Assembly: GCF_024298765.1 (NCBI RefSeq)
Contig: NZ_CP101211.1
Reading direction: 5' to 3' (one strand)
Origin: Escherichia coli
Lineage (GTDB): Bacteria; Pseudomonadota; Gammaproteobacteria; Enterobacterales; Enterobacteriaceae
Length of the DNA stretch: 64,000 nt
Each line of letters starts with the position of its first letter. Position 1 is the stretch's first letter. Made by a program: the position numbers and the translations under genes. Shown here piece after piece: positions 9,362 through 20,108 of this stretch. The notes under the pieces were generated by a model. The model saw only the letters and a list, made by a program, of their open reading frames with translations. It was not told the DNA's origin and ran no database searches.

Positions 9362-9553
9362 ATGTTTAATACCAGTCAGAACGATAAGATGGTTGAAGTG
9401 TTATCAGGACCTGAGCGGCGTCGGCGTCGTACACCGCAGGAAAAAATTGCCATTATTCAGCAGACTATGGAGCCCGGTATGACCGTGTCTCATGTCGCGC
9501 GCCTGCATGGCATCAATGCAAACCAGATATTCAAATGGCGCAAGCAATATTAA
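9362..9553 (+). pseudogene. IS2-like orfA with an in-frame TAA stop after codon 63
   Basis: ...QIFKWRKQY* then, in the same frame, [21 protein letters not shown]..., which matches the continuation of IS2 OrfA. Confidence 0.6.
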
Positions 9554-9870
9554 GACGGTTCACTGACGGCTGTTGCATCGGGCGAGGAAGTGGTGCCGGC
9601 CTCCGAACTCGCTGCCGCCAATAAGCAAATTCGCGAACTCCAGCGCCTTCTGGGCAAAAAGACGATGGAAGCCGAGATACTCAAAGAGGCCGTGGAGTTC
9701 GGCCGGGCAAAAAAATGGATTGCGCATGCGCCCTCGTTGCCTGGGAACGACGAATAAGCGACGTTTGCAGAAGTCTTGGCGTGTCGCGTGCGCAGTTGAG
9801 CATTCGGGTTCACCGGCCATCTGACTGACAGGATCGCAGACGGCAGCCCCGTTCTGACGATACCACCGTA

Positions 9871-10413
9871 TTGTCCCGGATAAACATGGCGGTGGCTGAC
9901 CTGCCGACGTATGGTTATCGCCGTGTGTGGGCGCTGCTGCGACGGGAGTCGGAGCGGGACGGCCTGCCTGTGGTTAATGCAAAGCGGGTGTATCGCATTA
10001 TGAGAACGCATAATCTGCTTCTTGAACGTAAACCCGCTGATCCTTGCCGTAAGCGGGCCCATAAGGGGCGCGTAGCAGTAGCGGAAAGTAACCGGCGCTG
10101 GTGCTCAGATGGCTTTGAGTTCCGCTGTGATAATGGCGAAAAGCTGCGGGTGACCTTCGCGCAGGACTGCTGCGACAGGGAGATCATTGACTGGGCAGCG
10201 AGCACCGGAGGCTATGACAAAGAAACGGTGCAGGATGTCATGCTGGGTGCGGTGGAAAAACGCTTCGGAAGGCAGTTGCCAACAGTGCCGGCGTTCGCCC
10301 GGTTGCTGGGACTGGAGCCTTGTACGACAGCAGTGCGAAGCCCGGAAAGCAATGGCATAGCAGAAAGCTTCGTGATGACGATAAAACGGGACTACATCAG
10401 CATCAGGATTTTA
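9871..10413 (+). pseudogene. IS2-like orfB (integrase core), C-terminally truncated
   Basis: ...[23 protein letters not shown] then the Tn3-family repeat; the true orfB start lies upstream in the -1 frame. Confidence 0.7.
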
Positions 10414-10451
10414 GGGGTCTGACGCTCAGTGGAACGAAAACTCACGTTAAG
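10414..10451 (-). repeat. 38-bp terminal inverted repeat of Tn2/Tn3 (tnpA end)
   Basis: GGGGTCTGACGCTCAGTGGAACGAAAACTCACGTTAAG; the tnpA stop lies inside it. Confidence 0.9.
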
Positions 10452-13371
10452 CAACGTTTTCTGCCTCTGACGCCTCTTTTAATGGTCTCAGATGTCCTTT
10501 GGTCACCAGTTCTGCCAGCGTGAAGGAATAATGGCCGAGCATATTGATATGTCCGTGGCAAAGCGGGGAGAGGCGTGCGATATCTTCATCATTCAGTGTT
10601 TCACCCTGCGCCCGGAGATGATCCAGGGCTGCCTGCATATAAATAGTGTTCCATAACACGACGGCGTTAGTGACCAGCCCCAGTGTGCCCAGTTGATCTT
10701 CCTGACCGTCGGTATATCGTTTTCTTATCTCACCTTTTTGACCGTGACAGATGGCTCTGGCAACGGCATGGCGACTTTCTCCCCGATTAAGCTGGGTCAG
10801 AATGCGCCGGCGGTAATCTTCATCATCAATATAATTAAGCAGATACAGCGTTTTGTTGATGCGCCCCACTTCAATGATTGCCTGAGTCAGTCCGGAAGGA
10901 CGTTCACTTTTCAGCAATGAACGGACCAGCACTGAAACCTGTACTTTGCCCAGCTTCAGGGAGCCAGCGGTCCGGATCATTTCGTCCCACTGAAGGACTA
11001 TTTTTCGGGGATCTGATTGCCCTCTGGCAATATCATTCAGCACGCCATAGTCGGCATCATGGTCCATTCGCCAGAAAACCGAAGCACCGGCATCAGCCAG
11101 GCGTGGAGAAAACTGGTATCCCAGCAGCCAGAAAAGGCCAAAGACAAGTTCGCTGGCACCTGCTGTATCGGTCATAATTTCGGTTGGATTCAGCCCGGTC
11201 TCCTGTTCCAGAAGACCTTCCAGCACAAAGATAGAGTCCCTCAGCGTCCCCGGTATAACGATGCCATGAAAGCCGGAATACTGATCGGACACAAAGTTGT
11301 ACCAGGTGATCCCTCTGTTATTACCAAAGTATTTGCGGTTCGGTCCGGCATTGATTGTTCTGACTGGCGTAACAAAGCGCATTCCATCTGCAGATGCCAC
11401 TTCTCCTCCACCCCATATCTGTGCCAGTGGCAGCGTTGCCTGAAAATCAACCAGTCTGGCATTAGCGCTGGTGATAGTTTCAGCCCGCAGATAGTTCGCT
11501 TTTGTCCAGTTCAGCCGGTGTCGGGTCAGTGCAGGAACATTTGATCTGATCAGTGGTTCCAGACCGATATTGCAGGCTTCAGCCATCAGCACGGCGCTGA
11601 TGCTGACGGGCAGATCATCAACTCTGGCACTGGCTTCACTAGCATGGAAAAACTCATCAGCAAATCCGGTATGGGCGTTAATTTCGAGCAGCAACTCCGT
11701 TAAATCCACCGGAGGGAGTAGATCACTGATCATTTTGCTCAGTCGTTTCAGACTGTCCGGCTCATCAAGACTGGCGAGGGGAGAAATTGTCAACCGGGGC
11801 TTCGGGCCAGAAACATCGAGTTCGACAGCCTCATTTTCGCAAAGACGTGCAGCAACCTGTCTGTAACGACTATCAAGCTGATGACCCAGAGATTTTATTG
11901 CTTCCTGCGGGTCTGTCGGGTGCCCCAAAGAACGATAAACCTTAATCCGGTTTGCCTGCCAGTCAGCACCCTGTAGTAATCTTGCACGAGGATCTCCCCA
12001 CCGGTTACTGCCGGTAACGTAGACATCCCTCCGCCTCAGACTATCCTGCAGTTTACTGAGAAAGCAGAGCGTGTATCCCCTGCGGGTGATATGTTTTTCC
12101 TTGTTAATCACCAGCCGTTTCCATGACCGACTGATAATTTCCGTTGGTGCGTCGTCAAAAAACTGCCGCCGTGAGCTGAACTCCCGGCTGAGGTAGTCAC
12201 AGGCATTCAGAGTGGTAACCCCGGCAGGTGCGGATGAAAATTTAACGGTATTCAGCAGATGGGGCAGGAAACGACGAACGCGCCCGTACTGCTCCACCAT
12301 TTCTTCATGAAAATTATCGTCTGAGGGCCGGGCAATTTCACGGACAAGCGTGATGATTTCAGCCAGCTTTTGCCTTGGGATGTAGCTGAACACCTCAGCA
12401 CGAATCGATTCGTCCGGTGTTTCTTCTTTCAGCAGGTACGAACATGCGCTGGCGAGCGCCAATGCAGATTTATCCAGATCCTTCAGCGAGCGGAGCCGTT
12501 TTTTCTGCCCAATCTTTCTGGCGTCACGGATGATAACGGCCAGCATGGCGTCCAGAACGTCCAATGCATCATCCAGCGCCAGCGTTTCCCATGCAAGGAC
12601 AAAGGCAACCAGAACCGCCATCCTTTTCTGCGGTGACATCCTGGCAATATTGAACACCGAAGTCATACCAGCATAACGTGCGAGATTTTTCAGGCGCACA
12701 GCCGGGAGTGTACTCAGGTTTTCAGCATGCAGGCCAAAATCGTTCAGAGTTTTCCAGCGTTCAATTGCTTCATTAAACGCCGGACCACTGATGGTCACAG
12801 GGCCCTTTTTCAGTGATTCCAGTAAAGACAGGCGGCTGCAATCAGTTGGCCCCAGCAGCATCTCCAGCTGTGAACGCTGTTCGGCTGACGGTATCAGTGC
12901 CAGTTTGTTCCACAGGCGCAACGTCGCCTTTTCCCTTACCTCTGAAATCAACCGGGTCAGCGTAGTGGCTCCGGGGAGAATAATACGATGTTGCATAAGC
13001 CACCCTGTCGCCAGATCGAAAAGCAGGCCAGGACGTTCGTTGCTTATCCAGCTCCGGGTATATAAAAGACGGGTAAGGCGAAATGTCCAGGGCCAGGCAA
13101 ATTCACGATACTGATAGTGCTGACGTATCAGCGCTGCATGCTCACGGCGGGTATTTTCCCTCTGACCGTATTCTGCAAGAACGGTGATATCACGAATCCC
13201 GAGCTGTCTGGCGGTAAAATGCCGGACGCCGGAAGGAATATGATTCATATCGGTGAGGAAGGTGCCCAGAAAACGGACACATCCAATTTGCAGGGCAATG
13301 CCCAGACGGTTGTGATCACCTCTGCTTTTTCCGATAAATTCCTTGTCTGCTTCATCAAGGTGAAAATATCG
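10447..13371 (-). pseudogene. tnpA: Tn2/Tn3-family transposase lacking about 27 N-terminal codons (IS6100 insertion)
   Basis: Native sequence begins RYFHLDEADKEFIGKSRGDHNRLGIALQ...; the first 25 codons of the supplied ORF are IS6100 sequence. Confidence 0.85.
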
Positions 13372-14251
13372 GGCTCTGTTGCAAAAATCGTGAAGCTTGA
13401 GCATGCTTGGCGGAGATTGGACGGACGGAACGATGACGGATTTCAAGTGGCGCCATTTCCAGGGTGATGTGATCCTGTGGGCGGTGCGCTGGTATTGTCG
13501 CTATCCGATCAGCTATCGCGACCTTGAGGAAATGCTGGCGGAACGCGGCATTTCGGTCGACCATACGACGATCTATCGCTGGGTCCAGTGCTACGCCCCG
13601 GAGATGGAGAAGCGGCTGCGCTGGTTCTGGCGGCGTGGCTTTGATCCGAGCTGGCGCCTGGATGAAACCTACGTCAAGGTGCGGGGCAAGTGGACCTACC
13701 TGTACCGGGCAGTCGACAAGCGGGGCGACACGATCGATTTCTACCTGTCGCCGACCCGCAGCGCCAAGGCAGCGAAGCGGTTCCTGGGCAAGGCCCTGCG
13801 AGGCCTGAAGCACTGGGAAAAGCCTGCCACGCTCAATACCGACAAAGCGCCGAGCTATGGTGCAGCGATCACCGAATTGAAGCGCGAAGGAAAGCTGGAC
13901 CGGGAGACGGCCCACCGGCAGGTGAAGTATCTCAATAACGTGATCGAGGCCGATCACGGAAAGCTCAAGATACTGATCAAGCCGGTGCGCGGTTTCAAAT
14001 CGATCCCCACGGCCTATGCCACGATCAAGGGATTCGAAGTCATGCGAGCCCTGCGCAAAGGACAGGCTCGCCCCTGGTGCCTGCAGCCCGGCATCAGGGG
14101 CGAGGTGCGCCTTGTGGAGAGAGCTTTTGGCATTGGGCCCTCGGCGCTGACGGAGGCCATGGGCATGCTCAACCACCATTTCGCAGCAGCCGCCTGATCG
14201 GCGCAGAGCGACAGCCTACCTCTGACTGCCGCCAATCTTTGCAACAGAGCC
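13372..14251 (+). mobile_element. IS6100 (880 bp, complete)
   Basis: Terminal repeats GGCTCTGTTGCAAA at 13372 and at 14238-14251. Confidence 0.9.
13397..14197 (+). CDS. tnpA: IS6100 transposase (true start may be the Met at 13433)
   Basis: ...[39 protein letters not shown]..., an IS6-family transposase. Confidence 0.9.
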   Translation: MSMLGGDWTDGTMTDFKWRHFQGDVILWAVRWYCRYPISYRDLEEMLAERGISVDHTTIYRWVQCYAPEMEKRLRWFWRRGFDPSWRLDETYVKVRGKWTYLYRAVDKRGDTIDFYLSPTRSAKAAKRFLGKALRGLKHWEKPATLNTDKAPSYGAAITELKREGKLDRETAHRQVKYLNNVIEADHGKLKILIKPVRGFKSIPTAYATIKGFEVMRALRKGQARPWCLQPGIRGEVRLVERAFGIGPSALTEAMGMLNHHFAAAA

Positions 14252-14689
14252 CGCCGTGCTAGTCTGCTCGGTGATGGTGGAGTGAAGCCAACCCGCAATC
14301 GGGTTATGAATCTGCATCGCGATTCGCAATCAGCTGTCTCTTGAGCATGTCGAACTCCTGCGATGTTATCTCGCCGTGCTCGTGCTGCTACACCAACTTG
14401 TCCAACTCATCCGCCACACCGCTCCCCACCACCTGCGATGGCCAGGTTGTTTGCTGGGCGCATTGGCGGAGTATCGTCTCGACCCGGGACACCCACACCG
14501 GCACAACCTTACGGGAGTGATTCACTGTCAAAGAATCGGCCCGGTGCTCTGACGCAAGTATCGGGATGGTCACCATTTGTAAGCCGTAGACCTGAGTGGT
14601 GATCAAGACTTCGATACCACCGACCGTACCGGTACTAATCGACGACGGTCGTGTTCGTCGCCTGCCGCAGGGACTCTGCACACCTCCGT

Positions 14690-15274
14690 TTACGCATGTG
14701 CCTGGAGGAGTTGGAAATCGTCGTGTTCGGGAAACATTAAACACAGGATGGCAGCGATCTGAGCCAGCACATGATCAGCTAGCTCACCATCCGGATCGAC
14801 GGCCCACTGCATCGTCGCGCCAGCGATGACCGAGTGCAGGAGCAACTCAGCTGCCGCAGGAGCACCTGGGGGCAGTCGCTTGCGGATCCCCTCCACCACC
14901 GCGCGGTTCCGCTGGATCGCAAGCGTGCGTAGCTCCGGCACCTGGAGCTCGTACCAGGAGATGAGATAGTTCACCGAGAAGTCGTTGCGAGTGTTCATGC
15001 TCCGAACGAGCACCTGCAAAAATTCCCAGAGCCCTTGCGGCCCTGCGCCTATCGGTATCGCATTCAGGTAATGCCGCACCTGCTCGACGCCGCGCTCCAT
15101 CATCCTCACCAGCAGCGTATCGCGGTTGGTGAAGCGCTGGATTAACGCTGCGCGGGAGAGCCCCACCTCCTTTGCTACTCCGCTGAGCGTGAACTCTATG
15201 GGACCGCAACGCTTCAGCACTACGGTGGCGGCCTCGAGTACCTCGTCATCGGACTTGAGCTTGGGGCGGGGCAT
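14690..15274 (-). CDS. mphR(A): TetR-family repressor MphR(A)
   Basis: Identical to the 75-659 copy. Confidence 0.9.
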   Translation of the reverse strand: MPRPKLKSDDEVLEAATVVLKRCGPIEFTLSGVAKEVGLSRAALIQRFTNRDTLLVRMMERGVEQVRHYLNAIPIGAGPQGLWEFLQVLVRSMNTRNDFSVNYLISWYELQVPELRTLAIQRNRAVVEGIRKRLPPGAPAAAELLLHSVIAGATMQWAVDPDGELADHVLAQIAAILCLMFPEHDDFQLLQAHA

Positions 15275-16512
15275 CAGTGTTCACCTTCTGTATGGGTTGG
15301 GGCGGAGGCTGTGGCTGCCGCCGCCATTGTAGCAAATTGAAGACGGAGCGAGAGTAGAGCCACGAGCCCCGCAAACACGGCCGATACAACGAGGCCAGGG
15401 AGCGGACCAGCAAGGTCGACAAACGCGCCGGCCGCAAGCATAACCATGGGCGAGGCTGACAGCATCACCGCCGAGACCGTGCCGAGTACCCGGCCGAGAA
15501 GTTCTGGCGGCGTGCGGTTGTAGATGGCAGCGTTGAGAATGGGAGAGACTGAGCCGGTCAGCAGTCCCACGAGCGCGCCCAACAACATCAGCACCGGCAC
15601 GCCTGGCAACTGTGAAAGCAGAAGCGAGCCCACCGCAGAGCCACAAAATGCCACCGCCAGCCAGTTCTGCGCTGATATCCGGGCGCCGACCGACGCATGA
15701 ATGGCAATGCCAAGGAGACCACCAGCCCCCATCATTGAGGAGAACAGCCCGAGCTCTGCTACTTGGCGTCCTGCATCTACAAACAGCGCAGGCATGATGA
15801 CGCTGCCGTTGGCGCCAACGATGCCCACGAAGATCATCACTATACCAAAGAGAGGGCGCAGCAGGGGTTCGCTCCAGAGAAAAGCGACGCCGGCGCGCAT
15901 GGAGAGAGTCGCCGTCGTGGTCATCGTCCGAGCGGCACGCGCGGGAAGCACCCACGCGCCGAGCAGACCTGCAAGGACGGAGCAGAACGCCGTCAGCCCG
16001 AGCGTTGGCGCAGCGCCAAGCAGGCCGATTGCGGCCCCCCCAAGGGCCGGGCCACCTAGAATCGCGACGTTCCCGATCACCGCTTTCAGTGACGAGACGC
16101 GCTCAACGGAGAGCCCGGCGACGTGGCCGAGTTTGGGCAGCTCACTGTCCTGCGCGGCCATACCGGGTGCGTCGAACGCGGCACCGAGCACCACGCAAGC
16201 GATCAGCCCAGTGTTCGAGAGGGCGCCAACGGCATCGAGCAGTGGGATGCTCGCCATGGCCACGCCGCCCACCACACCCGAGATCAATGCGACGGGCGCG
16301 CGCCCGAACCGATCGACGAGGCCACCACCAACCCACGCGCCGATGATGGTCGCGATGACGCTGCTAGCGGCCGTGGCGCCCGCCCAGGCCGCGCTCTTTG
16401 TATGAGACAGGACGAACCATGGAAGCGCGAGGGCCGCCACCGCGTTGCCGATCCGGAAGAGAAAGGTCGCCGCGAACAGCGTCGCGAGCGGGCTATATCG
16501 ACGTTCGCTCAT
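15274..16512 (-). CDS. mrx: Mrx, MFS-type membrane protein of the mph(A) operon
   Basis: 412-aa hydrophobic ORF between mph(A) and mphR(A) with overlapping stop and start codons. Confidence 0.85.
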   Translation of the reverse strand: MSERRYSPLATLFAATFLFRIGNAVAALALPWFVLSHTKSAAWAGATAASSVIATIIGAWVGGGLVDRFGRAPVALISGVVGGVAMASIPLLDAVGALSNTGLIACVVLGAAFDAPGMAAQDSELPKLGHVAGLSVERVSSLKAVIGNVAILGGPALGGAAIGLLGAAPTLGLTAFCSVLAGLLGAWVLPARAARTMTTTATLSMRAGVAFLWSEPLLRPLFGIVMIFVGIVGANGSVIMPALFVDAGRQVAELGLFSSMMGAGGLLGIAIHASVGARISAQNWLAVAFCGSAVGSLLLSQLPGVPVLMLLGALVGLLTGSVSPILNAAIYNRTPPELLGRVLGTVSAVMLSASPMVMLAAGAFVDLAGPLPGLVVSAVFAGLVALLSLRLQFATMAAAATASAPTHTEGEH

Positions 16513-17414
16513 TCCGCTGCGGCGAGCTGCGCCTTCGCCGCAGCGAGGTACTCTTCGTTACCCGAGTCGAGGGCGAAGAGTGCGTAGGTGACCGCCCCGA
16601 ACGCAAGGCGCTCCGCGATGTGGTGGGCGAGCCGCGGCCACACCCGGCCACCGGCCGCTTCATACGTGAGGAGGAGCTTCGCGAGCCCCTCTTCACCAAA
16701 GACCATAAGGTGCGCGGCCATGTCGATGGCAGGGTCATCAACGCGGGCCTCGCTCCAGTCGATCATCCCGCTGACGCGCTCCGTGTTGTCGATGAGCACA
16801 TGGCCCACGTAGAGATCGCCATGCACCACCACGGAGAAATCTGGCCACGACGAATCGTCGTCGAGCCAGCGCTGCCACCGGTGGAGGCGCTTGTCGTTCA
16901 CCACGAACTCGCGTCGGACGCGGTCAACGTCGTCGGCCACCTTCTGACGGGCCTGCGTCGGTGTACGGATGAGCATCCCCGCATCCACGGCGGCGGAAAT
17001 GGGGACGGCATGCAGGGCGGCGAGCGCGGTCGCGAAGCTCTCCGCGAAGACCTCCGAGTCCTGCGGCACGACCCAGTCGGGCGTGGACGAACCAGGCTGG
17101 ATGACCATCGCAGTCGAGTCTTCGAGCATGGGATAGGCAACGAGCTCGGCGTTGGCCACGCGCCAGTCCGGCACCGCGAACGGCAGGCGATTCTTGAGCA
17201 TTGCCAGCACCCGCGCCTCTGGTTCGACCTTCGCGCTTACCTCGGCTCGGCGCGGGATGCGCAGCACCCACCGACGTCCATCGTCGACGGTGGCGATCAC
17301 GATCCTATAGTCGAGCCCAAGCTCATTGACAGTCAGCGGGCCATGGAGCTTGAGCCCATGTCGGGCTGCAAGTGCGTACAGTTGGGAGGTATCGGCGGTC
17401 GTGACTACGGTCAT
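16509..17414 (-). CDS. mph(A): Macrolide 2'-phosphotransferase Mph(A)
   Basis: 301-aa ORF MTVVTTADTSQLYALAARHGLKLHG...HGDLYVGHVLID..., an APH-like kinase fold. Confidence 0.9.
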   Translation of the reverse strand: MTVVTTADTSQLYALAARHGLKLHGPLTVNELGLDYRIVIATVDDGRRWVLRIPRRAEVSAKVEPEARVLAMLKNRLPFAVPDWRVANAELVAYPMLEDSTAMVIQPGSSTPDWVVPQDSEVFAESFATALAALHAVPISAAVDAGMLIRTPTQARQKVADDVDRVRREFVVNDKRLHRWQRWLDDDSSWPDFSVVVHGDLYVGHVLIDNTERVSGMIDWSEARVDDPAIDMAAHLMVFGEEGLAKLLLTYEAAGGRVWPRLAHHIAERLAFGAVTYALFALDSGNEEYLAAAKAQLAAAE

Positions 17415-17446
17415 GATTCACTCCTGAGGGCTTGACGGGTTTAGCC

Positions 17447-17480
17447 ACCTAAATGTAACAGTCACGTCGGTTATATTCAA
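17447..17480 (-). promoter_or_regulatory. mph(A) promoter and MphR(A) operator region (pseudo-palindrome)
   Basis: AATATAACCGACGTGACTGTTACATT pseudo-palindrome directly upstream of mph(A); limits approximate. Confidence 0.45.
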
Positions 17481-17483
17481 TCC

Positions 17484-18303
17484 GGCACTGTTGCAAAGTT
17501 AGCGATGAGGCAGCCTTTTGTCTTATTCAAAGGCCTTACATTTCAAAAACTCTGCTTACCAGGCGCATTTCGCCCAGGGGATCACCATAATAAAATGCTG
17601 AGGCCTGGCCTTTGCGTAGTGCACGCATCACCTCAATACCTTTGATGGTGGCGTAAGCCGTCTTCATGGATTTAAATCCCAGCGTGGCGCCGATTATCCG
17701 TTTCAGTTTGCCATGATCGCATTCAATCACGTTGTTCCGGTACTTAATCTGTCGGTGTTCAACGTCAGACGGGCACCGGCCTTCGCGTTTGAGCAGAGCA
17801 AGCGCGCGACCATAGGCGGGCGCTTTATCCGTGTTGATGAATCGCGGGATCTGCCACTTCTTCACGTTGTTGAGGATTTTACCCAGAAACCGGTATGCAG
17901 CTTTGCTGTTACGACGGGAGGAGAGATAAAAATCGACAGTGCGGCCCCGGCTGTCGACGGCCCGGTACAGATACGCCCAGCGGCCATTGACCTTCACGTA
18001 GGTTTCATCCATGTGCCACGGGCAAAGATCGGAAGGGTTACGCCAGTACCAGCGCAGCCGTTTTTCCATTTCAGGCGCATAACGCTGAACCCAGCGGTAA
18101 ATCGTGGAGTGATCGACATTCACTCCGCGTTCAGCCAGCATCTCCTGCAGCTCACGGTAACTGATGCCGTATTTGCAGTACCAGCGTACGGCCCACAGAA
18201 TGATGTCACGCTGAAAATGCCGGCCTTTGAATGGGTTCATGTGCAGCTCCATCAGCAAAAGGGGATGATAAGTTTATCACCACCGACTATTTGCAACAGT
18301 GCC
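17484..18303 (-). mobile_element. IS26 (820 bp, complete)
   Basis: 14-bp terminal repeats at both ends. Confidence 0.95.
17536..18258 (-). CDS. tnpA: IS26 transposase
   Basis: Identical translation to the other IS26 tnpA copies. Confidence 0.95.
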   Translation of the reverse strand: MLMELHMNPFKGRHFQRDIILWAVRWYCKYGISYRELQEMLAERGVNVDHSTIYRWVQRYAPEMEKRLRWYWRNPSDLCPWHMDETYVKVNGRWAYLYRAVDSRGRTVDFYLSSRRNSKAAYRFLGKILNNVKKWQIPRFINTDKAPAYGRALALLKREGRCPSDVEHRQIKYRNNVIECDHGKLKRIIGATLGFKSMKTAYATIKGIEVMRALRKGQASAFYYGDPLGEMRLVSRVFEM

Positions 18304-18596
18304 AGAGCGAGGCCCATTGACGCCACAACGTAGGCGAGGCCACCTCCCAGTAGAACGGGGCGGCGCCCCAGTCGGTCCGATAGCGGTCCAAACAAGAGCT
18401 GACCGGCACCAATCATGACCAAGTACGTTGTCAGCGTAAGCTGAATTGTGCTCGCTGTCGTACCAAGCGCGTTTGGCATAAACGGCACTGCTGGCAAGTA
18501 CATGTCCATGCCGAGTGATGCCAATAAATCGAACGGTGATAACAACAACACCGTGGCGGCAAGGGAGTACCGCCAACTAAAGTTTTTTGAGCGCAC
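18304..18596 (-). pseudogene. cmlA: cmlA chloramphenicol exporter gene, only the first about 97 codons (GTG start), cut by IS26
   Basis: VRSKNFSWRYSLAATVLLLSPFDLLASLGMDMYLPAVPFMPNALG... matches the CmlA N-terminus. Confidence 0.8.
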
Positions 18597-18916
18597 GAAA
18601 CCATCTCCTTGAACAAAGGATTTGGCGGCGCTCCCGTAGAGCAAAAGGATTCATGAGAACGCCGCAACAACCGAAAAATGAAGGTTGCTGCGGCTTACTT
18701 GTCTGCGTTCTTGGAAGTGCTCATCTGCTGACTATCTCATGATTGAATTTGAATCGTAACAACTTTCAAGCAACTCTGCGAGGAGCCTTATTGTGCGCCC
18801 AACGCCGCCATAAACGGCGACAGGGTGGCGCGCCTATTGCGCATAAAATGGCGAAGCCATGCGCAACAGGCGCGGAATCTCTGGCGTCCGGTTTGATGGC
18901 TTTGTTATGCAAAGGA

Positions 18917-19369
18917 CTAGTCTTCAATGACGTGTAAACCACGGCGCTTTAAGTCCTCTAACGAATCCAACATTCCCCTTATTAATTCAACAGGATGCCC
19001 CTCCCAGTCTTCAACAACGCCAACAATTCTCAAGGGTTCGCAGGTTCTATAGGACTGTGTTGGATTACCGGGAAATTTTTTGTTCGTAAGATTCGGATCG
19101 TCTTCGAACGGTCCTGTTGGCTCAACTATGTATATGTAGCCGCGACCCTCGAGGCCAGACAGTGACATAGCAAGTTCAGCTCCCCAAACTGCTGGCTCCA
19201 TCAAGGCTGAAAAGTAGATGTGCTTAAGAATACGACCGTCCTCGAAATGAGAGATGAACCCTGTGGTTAGCAAGTCACCAATCGCCAAATTGGCTTTGGT
19301 TCCATGATAGAACGGTCCTTGCACCTGCTTGTAATTATCATGAGAGATGGGAATCCAATCTTTTACCAT
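18917..19369 (-). CDS. arr: Rifampin ADP-ribosyltransferase Arr (arr-2 or arr-3 group)
   Basis: 150 aa from MVKDWIPISHDNYKQVQGPFYHGTKANL...; the supplied ORF extends upstream into the attC. Confidence 0.8.
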   Translation of the reverse strand: MVKDWIPISHDNYKQVQGPFYHGTKANLAIGDLLTTGFISHFEDGRILKHIYFSALMEPAVWGAELAMSLSGLEGRGYIYIVEPTGPFEDDPNLTNKKFPGNPTQSYRTCEPLRIVGVVEDWEGHPVELIRGMLDSLEDLKRRGLHVIED

Positions 19370-19399
19370 TTTAAGACCCTTAATTGTTGGGATTTGGCT

Positions 19400-19479
19400 G
19401 CATAACGTCGCTATCAATCGCGGAAAAGGCGTAGTGCGCGAAGCGAACGAAGCTTTTTGCCGTCGATTGCATAGCTTTG
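19400..19479 (-). other. attC of the dfrA cassette (approximate)
   Basis: Imperfectly palindromic stretch between the dfrA stop and arr, ending in a GTTATGC core. Confidence 0.4.
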
Positions 19480-19962
19480 TTAACCCTTTTTCCAAATTTG
19501 ATAGCAATAGTTAATGTTTGAAGTAAAGTGTTGCTCAAAAACAACTTCGAAGGTATTTGGAATACTCGGGAAGAAAACATCCCCCTCTGGCTCGATGTCG
19601 ATCGTCGATAAGTGGAGCGTAGAGGCCATGGGTAATGTTTCTCGGTAAATTTCTCCGCCACCAGACACTATAACGTGACCGGTGAATTCAGCTAGCCTGT
19701 CCATGGCCTCTTCGATTGACTGAAATACAACTACATTGTCATCATTTGATGTCCAACCTGAGCGGGTAACGACCGCGTATTTCCTATTGGGGAGTGCGCC
19801 CATAGATTCAAACGTCTTGCGACCCACCAGAAGCCACTGATTGTAGGTCAATGCTTTAAAAAGTAGCTGCTCCCCTTTCGCGGACCAGGGTATGTCTGGA
19901 CCGCAACCAATCACGCCGTTTTTCGCTTTCGCAGCCATCAATGATACTTTCAAGGTTCTCAT
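19480..19962 (-). CDS. dfrA14: Trimethoprim-resistant dihydrofolate reductase DfrA (dfrA5/dfrA14 group)
   Basis: 160-aa [58 protein letters not shown]...; first cassette after attI1. The allele is a best guess from the dfrA-arr-cmlA order. Confidence 0.7.
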   Translation of the reverse strand: MRTLKVSLMAAKAKNGVIGCGPDIPWSAKGEQLLFKALTYNQWLLVGRKTFESMGALPNRKYAVVTRSGWTSNDDNVVVFQSIEEAMDRLAEFTGHVIVSGGGEIYRETLPMASTLHLSTIDIEPEGDVFFPSIPNTFEVVFEQHFTSNINYCYQIWKKG

Positions 19963-19967
19963 CCTGG

Positions 19968-20040
19968 GTTAACTTTGTTTTAGGGCGACTGCCCTGCTGC
20001 GTAACATCGTTGCTGCTCCATAACATCAAACATCGACCCA
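19968..20040 (-). other. attI1 (second copy) with the GTTAACC cassette junction
   Basis: Same 5'-conserved segment as 6755-6825 but joined to the dfrA cassette. Confidence 0.6.
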
Positions 20041-20108
20041 CGGCGTAACGCGCTTGCTGCTTGGATGCCCGAGGCATAGACTGTACAAAAAAACAGTCAT
20101 AACAAGCC

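Larger units (their letters stand above)
9298..10413 (+). mobile_element. IS2-like (IS3 family) element, right end removed
   Basis: Left end TAGACTGGCCCC at 9298, IS2-type orfA and orfB; element stops abruptly at the Tn2/Tn3 repeat at 10414, about 1.1 kb versus about 1.3 kb expected. Confidence 0.8.

Noticed and set aside
15281-17435. Several long ORFs overlapping mrx and mph(A) on either strand (for example 15281-15955, 15701-16405, 16398-17435)
   Set aside because: Arg/Pro/Ala-rich translations typical of spurious frames in GC-rich coding DNA; mph(A) and mrx explain the region.
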